Sequence record: PP886230.1
DNA length: 64,000 bases
Direction: 5' to 3' (one strand)
A model generated the notes under the pieces. That model ran no database searches and was not told the origin of the DNA. It saw only the letters and a program-made list of their open reading frames with translations. This document shows, piece after piece, positions 1 to 8,854 of the stretch (the first letter of the stretch is position 1; each line of letters opens with the position of its first letter). Made by a program: the position numbers and the translations under genes.

Positions 1-17
1 TTGATGTATTTATACGT

Positions 18-45
18 GGGACAAACTGCTTTTTGGTGCTATAAT
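18..45 (+). promoter_or_regulatory. Phage 'middle'-type promoter (GGGACA-N16-TATAAT, extended -10 TG) driving gp55/47/46
   Basis: GGGACA 18-23, 16-nt spacer, TG-C-TATAAT 37-45; same architecture recurs 11 times in the window. Confidence 0.75.
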
Positions 46-102
46 AACATTGATGGTACAAGGATTGTACCTATTGGATTTAAACATGGAGAGTAAAATA
101 CA

Positions 103-942
103 ATGACAAATAGACCAAAGCGTAAAAAGTATCTCAATAATGCTGATTTACTTCGTGAAATACAAAAAAGTAAAATTTCATATTGCTGGTTATTAGACAA
201 ATCATATAGTATGTATGATTATATTGTTTTTCATGAGTCAGAAATTACTGCTGAGTTACTAGAAAAAGCTAAGGCAGCCCGAATTAAACGACTGAACAAT
301 GAAATGCTTGATAGTATTCGTGAAAAGGAAAATATGAGTGCTAAAAAAGCTAAAGAATATGCAGATGAACACAATTTAGTTATCACTGACGTTCCAATTG
401 ATGAAGTTGTTATTCGTGTTATTACAGATGAACATATTCCACCAGATACTAGAGTTAACTTTGAACCATTCAAGCATTATATTGTAGATAATGAAGGTAT
501 TCTCTATGAAGTTTGTCGTTCTCACTGGAAAGGCGACCTTGAAACTGGTGAATTCAGTACTGTTCATGGTAAAATTACAAATGAACTTGGGAAGATGTTC
601 ATTAAACTTGCAGAGGAAATCTCACACAAATCTAATTACAGAAACTATACATACTTAGATGAAATGATGGGTGATGCAAGAATACAATTAGTTAAAAACG
701 CACTTCTCTTTAAAGAGAGCATTCTTTATAAAAAAGATAAACCAGCAGTTCAGCTAAATCCTTTCTCTTACTATACATCATTCGTAAACAATAGTTTTCG
801 TTCTATATTGAATAGTGAGAAAAATGTTCGAAATATACGTGATGATTTACTTGAAATGCATGGCTTTACGCCATCACATACACGTCAAATTGAAATTGAA
901 TTGAACATGATTGAAAGGAAAAATGAAGATGGCTCTGTTTGA
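103..942 (+). CDS. gp55: Late-transcription sigma factor, T4 gp55-like
   Basis: C-terminal half (ITNELGKMFIKLAEEIS..NY.NYTY.DEMMGDA..NPFSYYTSFVNNSF) resembles gp55; directly upstream of gp47/gp46 as in T4; TATAAATA-type late promoters present in the window. Confidence 0.8.
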   Translation: MTNRPKRKKYLNNADLLREIQKSKISYCWLLDKSYSMYDYIVFHESEITAELLEKAKAARIKRLNNEMLDSIREKENMSAKKAKEYADEHNLVITDVPIDEVVIRVITDEHIPPDTRVNFEPFKHYIVDNEGILYEVCRSHWKGDLETGEFSTVHGKITNELGKMFIKLAEEISHKSNYRNYTYLDEMMGDARIQLVKNALLFKESILYKKDKPAVQLNPFSYYTSFVNNSFRSILNSEKNVRNIRDDLLEMHGFTPSHTRQIEIELNMIERKNEDGSV

Positions 943-1960
943 TAAAGCAATTACATTCACTGATATTCATTTAGGTTTAAAGAATAACAGCAAGCAACAC
1001 AATGAAGATTGTTTAAACTTCATTAAATTCATGATTGAGGTAGCTAAAAAAAATAATATCAAAGTTTGTGTTTTTATGGGAGATTATTTTCATAATAGAA
1101 GTAATATCAATATCCAAACACTAAACTATGGTTTACAAATTCTTCAATTATTAAATGATAATTTTGAAAAAGTATATTTTTTAGTAGGCAACCATGATAT
1201 GTATCATAAAAACAAACGTGATATAACAAGTATCAATATGGCTCAAGTTTATGAAAATATAGAATTCATTAATGAAATTACAACATTTGATGATTGTACT
1301 TTCATTCCATTTATGATTGAAGATGAATATAAGTTGTTACCTCAACTAAAAAGTAAGTATGTTTTTGGTCACTTAGAGTTACCAGGTTACTTGCTTAACA
1401 AGATGGTAGAAATGCCTGATCATGGAAAAGAAACAGAAGGTTCTTTTGGTGGTTGTGAGTATGTTTTTAGTGGGCATTTTCATAAAAGGCAGTCAAAAAC
1501 AACTTCAAAAGGAACTCGTGTAGTTTATACTGGTAATTGTTTTCCACATAATTTTTCCGATACATGGGATGATGCAAGAGGTGTGATGATTCTTGAACAT
1601 GGAAAAGAACCTATTTTCAAGTCATGGGATAATGCACCAAAATATAGAACATTCACACTTTCTGAATTGTTGACTGATCCAAGCTATTATCTACAAGATA
1701 ACACAATATCAAAAGTTCAAGTTGATATATCAATAACAACAGATGAGATTAGTTTTATTCGTGATACATTTACTAAACTTTACAACATTAGAGAGTTTAA
1801 TGTTGTAACGAGCAAGCAAAGTATCGCAGAATTAATTGAAGATGGTGTTAGTTTTGAAAGTACTGAATCAGTTGATGAGATAGTTTTACAGCAAATTATG
1901 GAAATTGATTCACCAATGTTTGATAAAAATCTTCTAATCCAAATTTACAGATCGTTATAA
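929..1960 (+). CDS. gp47: Recombination nuclease subunit, Mre11/SbcD-like (gp47)
   Basis: Phosphoesterase motifs DIHLG, GDYFH, GNHD, GHFH; start set at ATG 929 after AAAGGA. Confidence 0.92.
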   Translation: MALFDKAITFTDIHLGLKNNSKQHNEDCLNFIKFMIEVAKKNNIKVCVFMGDYFHNRSNINIQTLNYGLQILQLLNDNFEKVYFLVGNHDMYHKNKRDITSINMAQVYENIEFINEITTFDDCTFIPFMIEDEYKLLPQLKSKYVFGHLELPGYLLNKMVEMPDHGKETEGSFGGCEYVFSGHFHKRQSKTTSKGTRVVYTGNCFPHNFSDTWDDARGVMILEHGKEPIFKSWDNAPKYRTFTLSELLTDPSYYLQDNTISKVQVDISITTDEISFIRDTFTKLYNIREFNVVTSKQSIAELIEDGVSFESTESVDEIVLQQIMEIDSPMFDKNLLIQIYRSL

Positions 1961-1968
1961 GGGACTAT

Positions 1969-4116
1969 ATGCTAAACATTACACGTATATCTATGAGGAA
2001 CTTCTTTTCATTTGGTAATGCACCACAATCAATTGATTTGAATGGTTCCGACATTTCATTAGTACTGGGTCAAAATAATGATGCAGTTATTGAAGGTGGT
2101 GACAGCACCGGACGTCGAAATGGTGTCGGGAAAAGTGCTATTATTCAAGGATTAGTTTTTGGATTATTTGGTAAAAGTATTGGTAATGATATTAAAATTC
2201 CGAACCTAGTCAATAAAACTAATGGCAAAAATTGTGAAGTAGTTGTAGAGTTTGAAAAAGATGGTGTACAATATCTGGTTGAACGTGGGAGAAGTCCCAC
2301 GTATTTCAATTTTGTTACTTTAGGTAAAGATAATAAAATTGAAGATGAATCAAGGGGAGAAAAGAAAGACACACAAGAAGATTTGAATGAAATTCTTGGT
2401 ATATCTCAATTATTATTTGAACATATTGTAGTACTGAATGCTAACGTTGAACCTTTCTTAGCTTTATCCACACAAAAACAACGTGATATGATAGAAGAAC
2501 TTCTTGGAATAACACAGTTGACGGAAAAAGCTGAAATGCTAAAGGAGATGTATAAGGATACTAAACGTTTAGCCGAACAAGAAAAGTTCAAAAATGAAAC
2601 TGTAGCTGCAAGTAATGAACGTATTCAAAAAAGTATTGAGACACTACAAGAACAGGCAAACCAGTTTGAAATTGATAAAAATAATAGAGTATCTAAGTTA
2701 AATGAAGAGTTGAATATATATAAAACTTTAGACTTTAATGACCTCTATGAAGCTGCTGATATAAAAGAGAAAGCTCTTATTCATAACGCAAAGCGTGGGG
2801 AAATCGAACGCCGTGTACAAGAGTTGGCTTTAAAATTTGATGCATATGACCGTGAACTTGAAAGATCTAAAAGAGCATTAAATCTAAGCATTGATAAGCT
2901 AAAAACTATTGATATTAGTGCAGAATTGGAAAATCATAATGAGTTGGAGATATGGAAACAGTTAGAGGGTATTCTAAAAGAGAATAATAACCAAAAACGT
3001 TTCAAAGAACAAAAACTAAACTCACTAAAAATAGCTTTAAAAGGATATGAATGTTCAATTAATGCTGAAATTGACAAATTATCAACAGTTGAAAACAGCA
3101 AATGTCCACTTTGTATGTCTGAATTAGAACATAACGAACATACTTCTTCAATTAAAGACAAAATCCAAAGTACTATTAATGATCTTCAAGCTAAAATTGA
3201 TAGTTCTTCTTCTGAAATTGAAACATTACTTCAAGAAATTGATAGTATTGAGATTTTTGATATGCCACCTAAGCCTGTGACATATTATAATACACTTTCA
3301 GAAGCACAAATGCATGAACATAAGCTTCAAGAATTGGTCAGAAAGAGTGAAGAAGAACAAATAAACATCTATGCAAATGAACTTATGTCATCATATGATG
3401 AACTTAACTCATATGAACTAATGGAAGTTCCAGATACATTAAACAAATATGAAGTTAAAGAGTTAGAAATGACTGTAAATTCATTATCACAGCAATTAGA
3501 TCGTGAATTGAAGACTACTAACACATTTATTAGCCAAATTAATACCCTGAAGACTGATTCTTTAGTACCAATCGATTATAGCGACTATAATAATCTTGAT
3601 AAAATGTCAAATCACCAAGATTTCTTGGTTAAATTACTTTTAAACAAGGATTCTTATGTCCGTAAACGTATTATTGAGCAAAATATCTCATATTTGAATA
3701 CACGACTTCAGTACTATATCGATATGTGCGGTTCTGAGCATAATGTTGTGTTTTTGAATGATTTGAGTGTTGAAATTGAGAAGAGTGGACAGTACTTTGA
3801 CTATAAACAGCTTAGTAGAGGTGAGCGTACAAGGGTAAACATCGCATTATCTTGTGCTTTCCGTGATACATATGAGTCATTATACCAAAGTATTAATATT
3901 CTTATCATTGATGAGATGATTGACCAAGGTCTTGACTCAAGTGGTGTTCTACGTGTGTGGTCTATCTTCCAAGATATGGCTGCTGTACGTGGTAAGAACG
4001 TTTATGCTATTTCCCACAGAGAAGAGTTACTATCTAAGACTGAAAAAATCCTCAAAGTTGTTAAAGAGGACGGTTTCAGTACTGTTGAATATGCAACCCT
4101 TGACGATGTTTTCTAA
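1969..4116 (+). CDS. gp46: Recombination ATPase subunit, Rad50/SbcC-like (gp46)
   Basis: Walker A GVGKS, coiled coil with CPLC zinc hook, signature LSRGE, Walker B IIDE. Confidence 0.93.
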   Translation: MLNITRISMRNFFSFGNAPQSIDLNGSDISLVLGQNNDAVIEGGDSTGRRNGVGKSAIIQGLVFGLFGKSIGNDIKIPNLVNKTNGKNCEVVVEFEKDGVQYLVERGRSPTYFNFVTLGKDNKIEDESRGEKKDTQEDLNEILGISQLLFEHIVVLNANVEPFLALSTQKQRDMIEELLGITQLTEKAEMLKEMYKDTKRLAEQEKFKNETVAASNERIQKSIETLQEQANQFEIDKNNRVSKLNEELNIYKTLDFNDLYEAADIKEKALIHNAKRGEIERRVQELALKFDAYDRELERSKRALNLSIDKLKTIDISAELENHNELEIWKQLEGILKENNNQKRFKEQKLNSLKIALKGYECSINAEIDKLSTVENSKCPLCMSELEHNEHTSSIKDKIQSTINDLQAKIDSSSSEIETLLQEIDSIEIFDMPPKPVTYYNTLSEAQMHEHKLQELVRKSEEEQINIYANELMSSYDELNSYELMEVPDTLNKYEVKELEMTVNSLSQQLDRELKTTNTFISQINTLKTDSLVPIDYSDYNNLDKMSNHQDFLVKLLLNKDSYVRKRIIEQNISYLNTRLQYYIDMCGSEHNVVFLNDLSVEIEKSGQYFDYKQLSRGERTRVNIALSCAFRDTYESLYQSINILIIDEMIDQGLDSSGVLRVWSIFQDMAAVRGKNVYAISHREELLSKTEKILKVVKEDGFSTVEYATLDDVF

Positions 4117-4124
4117 TTAAAGAT

Positions 4125-4150
4125 AAAGGGAGCCTTAGCTCCCTTTTTTT
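4125..4150 (+). terminator. Intrinsic terminator between convergent gp46 and gp49-like genes
   Basis: AAAGGGAGC-CTTA-GCTCCCTTT followed by a T run. Confidence 0.8.
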
Positions 4151-4626
4151 ATATCAACCATATTTAATTTACCGTCCTTAATCAGCTTTCTAGCTTGCTT
4201 TACACGAGCAGTAGTGTTACTACCAGGGACAACTCCTAACCCTTCCAGAATCGCGTTTTGCTGTGTTGCTGGAAGCCTTTTAAACTTATTAACATCCACA
4301 GTTAGTGCAGTGTGATGTATAACTTGTTCATCGTCAGGAATGCTGTTATTACGCTCTAAGTAATCAGCAAGATTTCTGAGTACCTCATATAATGGTTTAT
4401 CAGTTAAGTGCTTCATATATCGATTGAAGCTGTTTTGTACCTTTCCTTCCCAAGCATTGACTTCATTTTGAAGAACTTGTCTACAATGTTGGTTACCATA
4501 GTGGTAGTGATCCAGTACTGGTTTAGTTATTGGTTCTTTAATTATAGGATCTATTCCATTTTGTTTCTTTAGCAATTCGTTTCGATAGTTTGCAGCATCC
4601 TTACTATCTTTTAATCTTTTTTTCAT
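4135..4626 (-). CDS. gp49: Holliday junction resolvase, endonuclease VII-like, lacking zinc cysteines
   Basis: QNG..VLDH.H..VNAWEG.V...FNR..L.NL..YL and IH...FKRL align with T4 endo VII (LDHDH..CNAAEGQMKHKFNR). Confidence 0.8.
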   Translation of the reverse strand: MKKRLKDSKDAANYRNELLKKQNGIDPIIKEPITKPVLDHYHYGNQHCRQVLQNEVNAWEGKVQNSFNRYMKHLTDKPLYEVLRNLADYLERNNSIPDDEQVIHHTALTVDVNKFKRLPATQQNAILEGLGVVPGSNTTARVKQARKLIKDGKLNMVDIKKGS

Positions 4627-4656
4627 AATTCCTCACCAAACTATTTGTTATCAAAA

Positions 4657-4664
4657 TATTTATA
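4657..4664 (-). promoter_or_regulatory. Late promoter TATAAATA for the endo VII-like gene
   Basis: TATTTATA on +, i.e. TATAAATA on -, ~30 nt upstream of start 4626. Confidence 0.65.
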
Positions 4665-4718
4665 GATTAGTTATTTGCAATATTTTAAGTACTTAATGAA
4701 TATTTTTATAAAAATAGT

Positions 4719-4746
4719 GAGACAACTTTAAAGTTTGTGCTATAAT
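4719..4746 (+). promoter_or_regulatory. Middle-type promoter firing into the non-coding region
   Basis: GAGACA 4719-4724, N16, TG-C-TATAAT ending 4746; no ORF downstream. Confidence 0.75.
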
Positions 4747-4752
4747 GTTTGT

Positions 4753-5240
4753 TGTAGTAATGACAATCCTGTTGAATGCAGAAATGCATATAAATTAGAA
4801 CCTGATCCTATCGAAAATGTAGATGGCAGATGAGCAGTTCAACAGTGCGATGAGCAAAAGAAACCCGTTAGATGTGGGCATAGTTTGAACCCCTCACGGC
4901 AATGCGGCTCAATAAAGAACTCCGATAAGCATACAGAGAGTTCCTAGATAGACATATAAGGATCGCACCTTACCAGATTTGCTAAGGGAGTTTATTAAGT
5001 GATTTTAATAAACAGCCTGAAGTTTGATTGTATAGACTTTCAGGTGAGTGTCAGGATGATTAAGACTGACGACCGTTGCACATGACTGCGATAGAGAGAA
5101 ACAGAGCAACCCGCTTTCGTTCTTAATATATTTTTAAGAAATTCGCAATACAATAAATGCTGAAACCATCAGCGTCAAGAAATAGAGACTTCATTGTCTC
5201 TTTTTTATTGTCTTCATTCCCCTGCGGGGGGATGAAAATG
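4753..5240 (+). ncRNA. Candidate large structured non-coding RNA (family unassigned)
   Basis: No ORF of 60 aa or more in 4627-5462; GC visibly above flanks; at least 10 helices, a GAAA tetraloop, G-U pairs and a multibranch junction; upstream consensus promoter. Confidence 0.6.
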
Positions 5241-5303
5241 TCCTCAACAAATCCCGTCAAGTATTAAATCTTTTAAAGTTCTTTATAATTAATTTAATTA
5301 AAT

Positions 5304-5363
5304 GAATATGAGTTACGTAGTAACGAATATTCTTCAGCTAACGAATGAAATGAGTTAGATGAA
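5304..5363 (+). other. Two ssDNA-type hairpins (GNA triloop plus tandem GA mismatch) in an AT-rich tract; possible origin element
   Basis: GAATAT-GA-GTTAC-GTA-GTAAC-GA-ATATTC and TTCA-G-CTAAC-GA-AT-GAA-AT-GA-GTTAG-A-TGAA. Confidence 0.55.
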
Positions 5364-5462
5364 TCCAATAATATTAAAATTAATCCTTTCATAATTCAAT
5401 TCAAATAATTCTGTAGTTTAAAACCAAAAAAAACCAGCAACAATGTGCTGGCTATATGAAAA

Positions 5463-5672
5463 TTAGTGCTTCTCGTTTTGTTTTTTAATTTTTTTATTAA
5501 AAGACTTAACTAATAAGTCTCTATCTATTAATGGCATATTAAGGAGTGTTCCATAGTCAATGTTATCCATATATACAGAACATTCCATTAGTGCATTTTT
5601 GATTTCTGACTTATTCAGTTCTATCTCCTTCAGTACTTCTTGTATTTCTTCAGGAGATGACTGGAGAAGCAT
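5463..5672 (-). CDS. Small baseplate hub assembly protein (gp51-like, tentative)
   Basis: 69 aa, coupled to the gp26-like gene; L.MP..DR motif. Confidence 0.45.
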   Translation of the reverse strand: MLLQSSPEEIQEVLKEIELNKSEIKNALMECSVYMDNIDYGTLLNMPLIDRDLLVKSFNKKIKKQNEKH

Positions 5673-6508
5673 TACTCGAAAAAATGACTAGGATCATATT
5701 TTAGTCCATCAATTTCCCATTGATGATTACATCCATCACATTCTACTTCCATACTATGAGATACACCAATTTCAAGTACTTCATCCATTTTTTCACGAAT
5801 TAGTTTAAGTACTCCCTTCGATTGTTGTCCAAGCCATTCATTAATAAATTCTTTTTCAACTACTTCATCACCATCTGGTGTTATAATTTTTGCAATAACT
5901 CCACCAATCATATCGAAGTTAAGTTGAGCCATGTTTTCAAATACTTCAGAAAATATTTTTACTTTTTCATCTTTATCAATATCAGCAGTTTCAAGAAACT
6001 TAGTCTTCTGCTGCTCACTGAACATGCGTTCAGCAAACGATGAATATTCTTTCCATGTCAGTGGTCTAAATTCTAAACGTAGTCCATTATCTAAATCAAT
6101 TGATGGGATTTCTTCAAATGCTTGTGCAGTTTCAAGAAGATATGATAGATTACGTTCAAATCGACCTTCTTTTTCACATTCAGGACATACAACGTTAATA
6201 TCATATGTTTCTTCTTTAGAAGCAACTTTAATAGCAATAAGAAGCATTTCAACGTCATTTACATACAACTCATCAGCGTCAATTACATTAGGAACACAGT
6301 TTTCAATAACACGGGATACTGCATCTCCGTTTAGTAACATATCGGGGGTATTAAGTGTCATTTCATCACGTGCACTACGTGCACAAACTCCACATTTGAC
6401 ACCTTTTGGACCTAGAACTCCTTCTTTATAAGGAATAACGCCGTTTGTAACTAACTTAGTACTGATCTCTTCAATTTTAGTGTACTTAGCAAGTGGATTC
6501 ATAGCCAT
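5672..6508 (-). CDS. gp26: Baseplate hub assembly protein, T4 gp26-like
   Basis: ARDE..L.TP..L..G.A...I..C, D...LLIAI..AS, two CxxC pairs (CPEC, CDGC); late promoter upstream. Confidence 0.75.
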   Translation of the reverse strand: MAMNPLAKYTKIEEISTKLVTNGVIPYKEGVLGPKGVKCGVCARSARDEMTLNTPDMLLNGDAVSRVIENCVPNVIDADELYVNDVEMLLIAIKVASKEETYDINVVCPECEKEGRFERNLSYLLETAQAFEEIPSIDLDNGLRLEFRPLTWKEYSSFAERMFSEQQKTKFLETADIDKDEKVKIFSEVFENMAQLNFDMIGGVIAKIITPDGDEVVEKEFINEWLGQQSKGVLKLIREKMDEVLEIGVSHSMEVECDGCNHQWEIDGLKYDPSHFFE

Positions 6509-6542
6509 TTTATTAAATCTCCATGTAATAAATGTGTTTTAG

Positions 6543-6550
6543 TATTTATA
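6543..6550 (-). promoter_or_regulatory. Late promoter TATAAATA (gp26-like operon)
   Basis: Exact TATAAATA on the minus strand, 35 nt before the start. Confidence 0.7.
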
Positions 6551-6598
6551 AGACTAAAAAAGATTAAATTAAACTAATTTTTATATTCTCTATAGTTT

Positions 6599-6606
6599 CA
6601 TAAATA
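6599..6606 (+). promoter_or_regulatory. Late promoter CATAAATA (divergent, tape-measure/portal operon)
   Basis: NATAAATA variant ~33 nt before start 6639. Confidence 0.55.
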
Positions 6607-6638
6607 TTTCTATAATACATCTATTAAAAGGGAATGTT

Positions 6639-8843
6639 ATGGCTGGAACTACAAGTGATTACCTACTCCAGCAGTTGGTTAATCAAACTAAAGATAACAA
6701 CGATAGTTTGAGTGCTATACGTGAGTTATTGGCTGAAAATATAAAAAATGATAGAAAGAAATCCGGTTCTAAAAGTGGAAAACGTAATGGAAGTAATTCA
6801 TCAAGTGCTGGAAACCGTGGCTCTCGAACAAATAACAAAGCTGATGATGGTAAAGAATTTGGAAAAATATTCAAATCATTATCATCTGAAGTATCGAATG
6901 TCGGCAAAACTATGATGAGTACGTCTGCAAACGTTAGCAATGTTGTAAACTCACTAGGAATGAGTGCATCTTCATTTGCTGGTTCATTAGCAATGATCCC
7001 AGGTCCAGTTGGTGCAGCAGCATCTGCATTCAAATTGGTTGCTGACGCTGGTTTAGCAGTTTATAATGTGTTAAATGCACAGCTTGAAGTTTATAATAGA
7101 ATAAACAGTGCTGGTGTCGCTCTATCTGAAGGTTACGGCTCCATATTAAAAGGTGCTGGTGCATCAATGATGAGTATTGATGCATTTGGTGAAGCATTAC
7201 AAACTCATAGTGCCGTTGTTGCACAATTAGATGGTGCATATGGTGATGGTGTTTCTACATTTGGTAAATTATTGGGTACTGTGCAACAAGCACAAAATCA
7301 ATTAGGTTTATATGGTGTTTCTCAAAAAACATTAACTGATTTAACTGCACGTAATATTAAATTCCAAAAGCAATTTGGTGGAAGAGAAATGTTACGTAGT
7401 ATGGATCAAGCAAAAAGTACTGAACAGTTTATCATGAGTATGACTAAGTTCAGTAAAAGTATGGGTGAGTCAGTTGATGCACTATTAAATAAAACACAAA
7501 ACTTAGATAAATCATTAGACACACGTTCAATGCAAATCGCATTACAAAACTATTCTGGATTATCTAGTAAAGCAGCAGTTGCAACATCAAAAGCATTTAA
7601 CGAAGCTGCTGCCAGTATGGGTGATGCTGGTGCAGATTTTCTACGTTTAATTTCACATCGTTTAACTATTGGTGGAGTACCAGATGATTTATTGACTCCA
7701 GTACTGAACCAATTTGCTGATTTAGGTGAGAACTTGGTACGTAGTGGTGTTACTGATTCACAAGAAATTCGCCGTCAACAATTGGAATTTGTTAAAAAGA
7801 ACAAAGAACTAATAAAGCAAGATTTATTAAATCAGATACAATTAGGAAACACTACGGCAGCAACCTTCAACCAACAACTACTTGATATGGAAGCTGCGAT
7901 TAATGATCCTAAGAGTCAACCAGCAGATAAACTAACACAATTCACTGATAGATTCAATAGATGGATTAGTAAAGAATTTACTGAACCATTTAATAAAATG
8001 TATGCAGATACACAAAATTCTATTGCGGATTACCTTACTGATATTGCAGACCGTACTGATGGTGCATGGGAATTTATCGGAGAGTTAGCACTTGATGGTT
8101 TTGGTTTGGTTCCTATTGCGAAAGATGCAGTTGCGTATTTGGATAGGATTGGTGGTGAGTTTGAGCAGTGGTTAGAAGGGTTAGGTACTGAAATTTTTGG
8201 TAGTGGATATAATAAAGTTTCAGAAGCATTTGATAGCTTTATGAATAACCTAATGGATCTTCCTGGTAAACTTTGGGATTCTGTTAAAGGTTGGTTTGGT
8301 GGATCAGACGACAAAGTAAAAGTAGAAAACAATTCTGTTACCGATGGTGCAGAAAAAGTTAATAATTATTTTGAAGAAAAAATGAATTCATTTGGTGATT
8401 ATATTTCTAGTTCATTTGATGGTTTTTTAAAATGGAATTCAAGTAGAAACTTTAAACAACCAAAACCCCTTGATGAATCAGTTGCTGAAAAACTTATTAG
8501 TAGTGGTCTTGAAAATAAGCCAAGAGCAACTGCGAGAATCGAAAAATCTGAACATGTTGCACCATATGTTACCATAACTCCAAAAACTTTTGATAAATCA
8601 GCATGGGGTCCAAATGAACCACCAATTCAAGCTGAACCGGACGATTATGAGGCCATGAAAGCGATGATAAATAGTGGTAGTAGTATGGCAAATGCTAATA
8701 ATAATGCCACAATATCAGAAGACATGAAAGAGTTACTTAAAAAACTTGCTGATGTTAATGAGCAATCTCTATCTGCCGTGCAACAGACAAATAACTATCT
8801 AAGAACTATCTCTGAAAACACTCAAGGTGAGAGAAACAGTTAA
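6639..8843 (+). CDS. Tape-measure/baseplate hub-like virion protein
   Basis: 734 aa, Ala/Gly/Ser-rich, predicted helical, next to the gp26-like gene and portal. Confidence 0.55.
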   Translation: MAGTTSDYLLQQLVNQTKDNNDSLSAIRELLAENIKNDRKKSGSKSGKRNGSNSSSAGNRGSRTNNKADDGKEFGKIFKSLSSEVSNVGKTMMSTSANVSNVVNSLGMSASSFAGSLAMIPGPVGAAASAFKLVADAGLAVYNVLNAQLEVYNRINSAGVALSEGYGSILKGAGASMMSIDAFGEALQTHSAVVAQLDGAYGDGVSTFGKLLGTVQQAQNQLGLYGVSQKTLTDLTARNIKFQKQFGGREMLRSMDQAKSTEQFIMSMTKFSKSMGESVDALLNKTQNLDKSLDTRSMQIALQNYSGLSSKAAVATSKAFNEAAASMGDAGADFLRLISHRLTIGGVPDDLLTPVLNQFADLGENLVRSGVTDSQEIRRQQLEFVKKNKELIKQDLLNQIQLGNTTAATFNQQLLDMEAAINDPKSQPADKLTQFTDRFNRWISKEFTEPFNKMYADTQNSIADYLTDIADRTDGAWEFIGELALDGFGLVPIAKDAVAYLDRIGGEFEQWLEGLGTEIFGSGYNKVSEAFDSFMNNLMDLPGKLWDSVKGWFGGSDDKVKVENNSVTDGAEKVNNYFEEKMNSFGDYISSSFDGFLKWNSSRNFKQPKPLDESVAEKLISSGLENKPRATARIEKSEHVAPYVTITPKTFDKSAWGPNEPPIQAEPDDYEAMKAMINSGSSMANANNNATISEDMKELLKKLADVNEQSLSAVQQTNNYLRTISENTQGERNS

Positions 8844-8854
8844 GGACGAAAATA

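Noticed and set aside
4753-5240. tmRNA, RNase P RNA or group I intron as the identity of the structured region
   Set aside because: No tRNA-like CCA end or tag ORF, no GAGGAAAGUCC (only a loose ACAGAGCAACCCGCUU resemblance to RNase P CR-V), no recognisable P7 R/S elements, and it does not interrupt a gene
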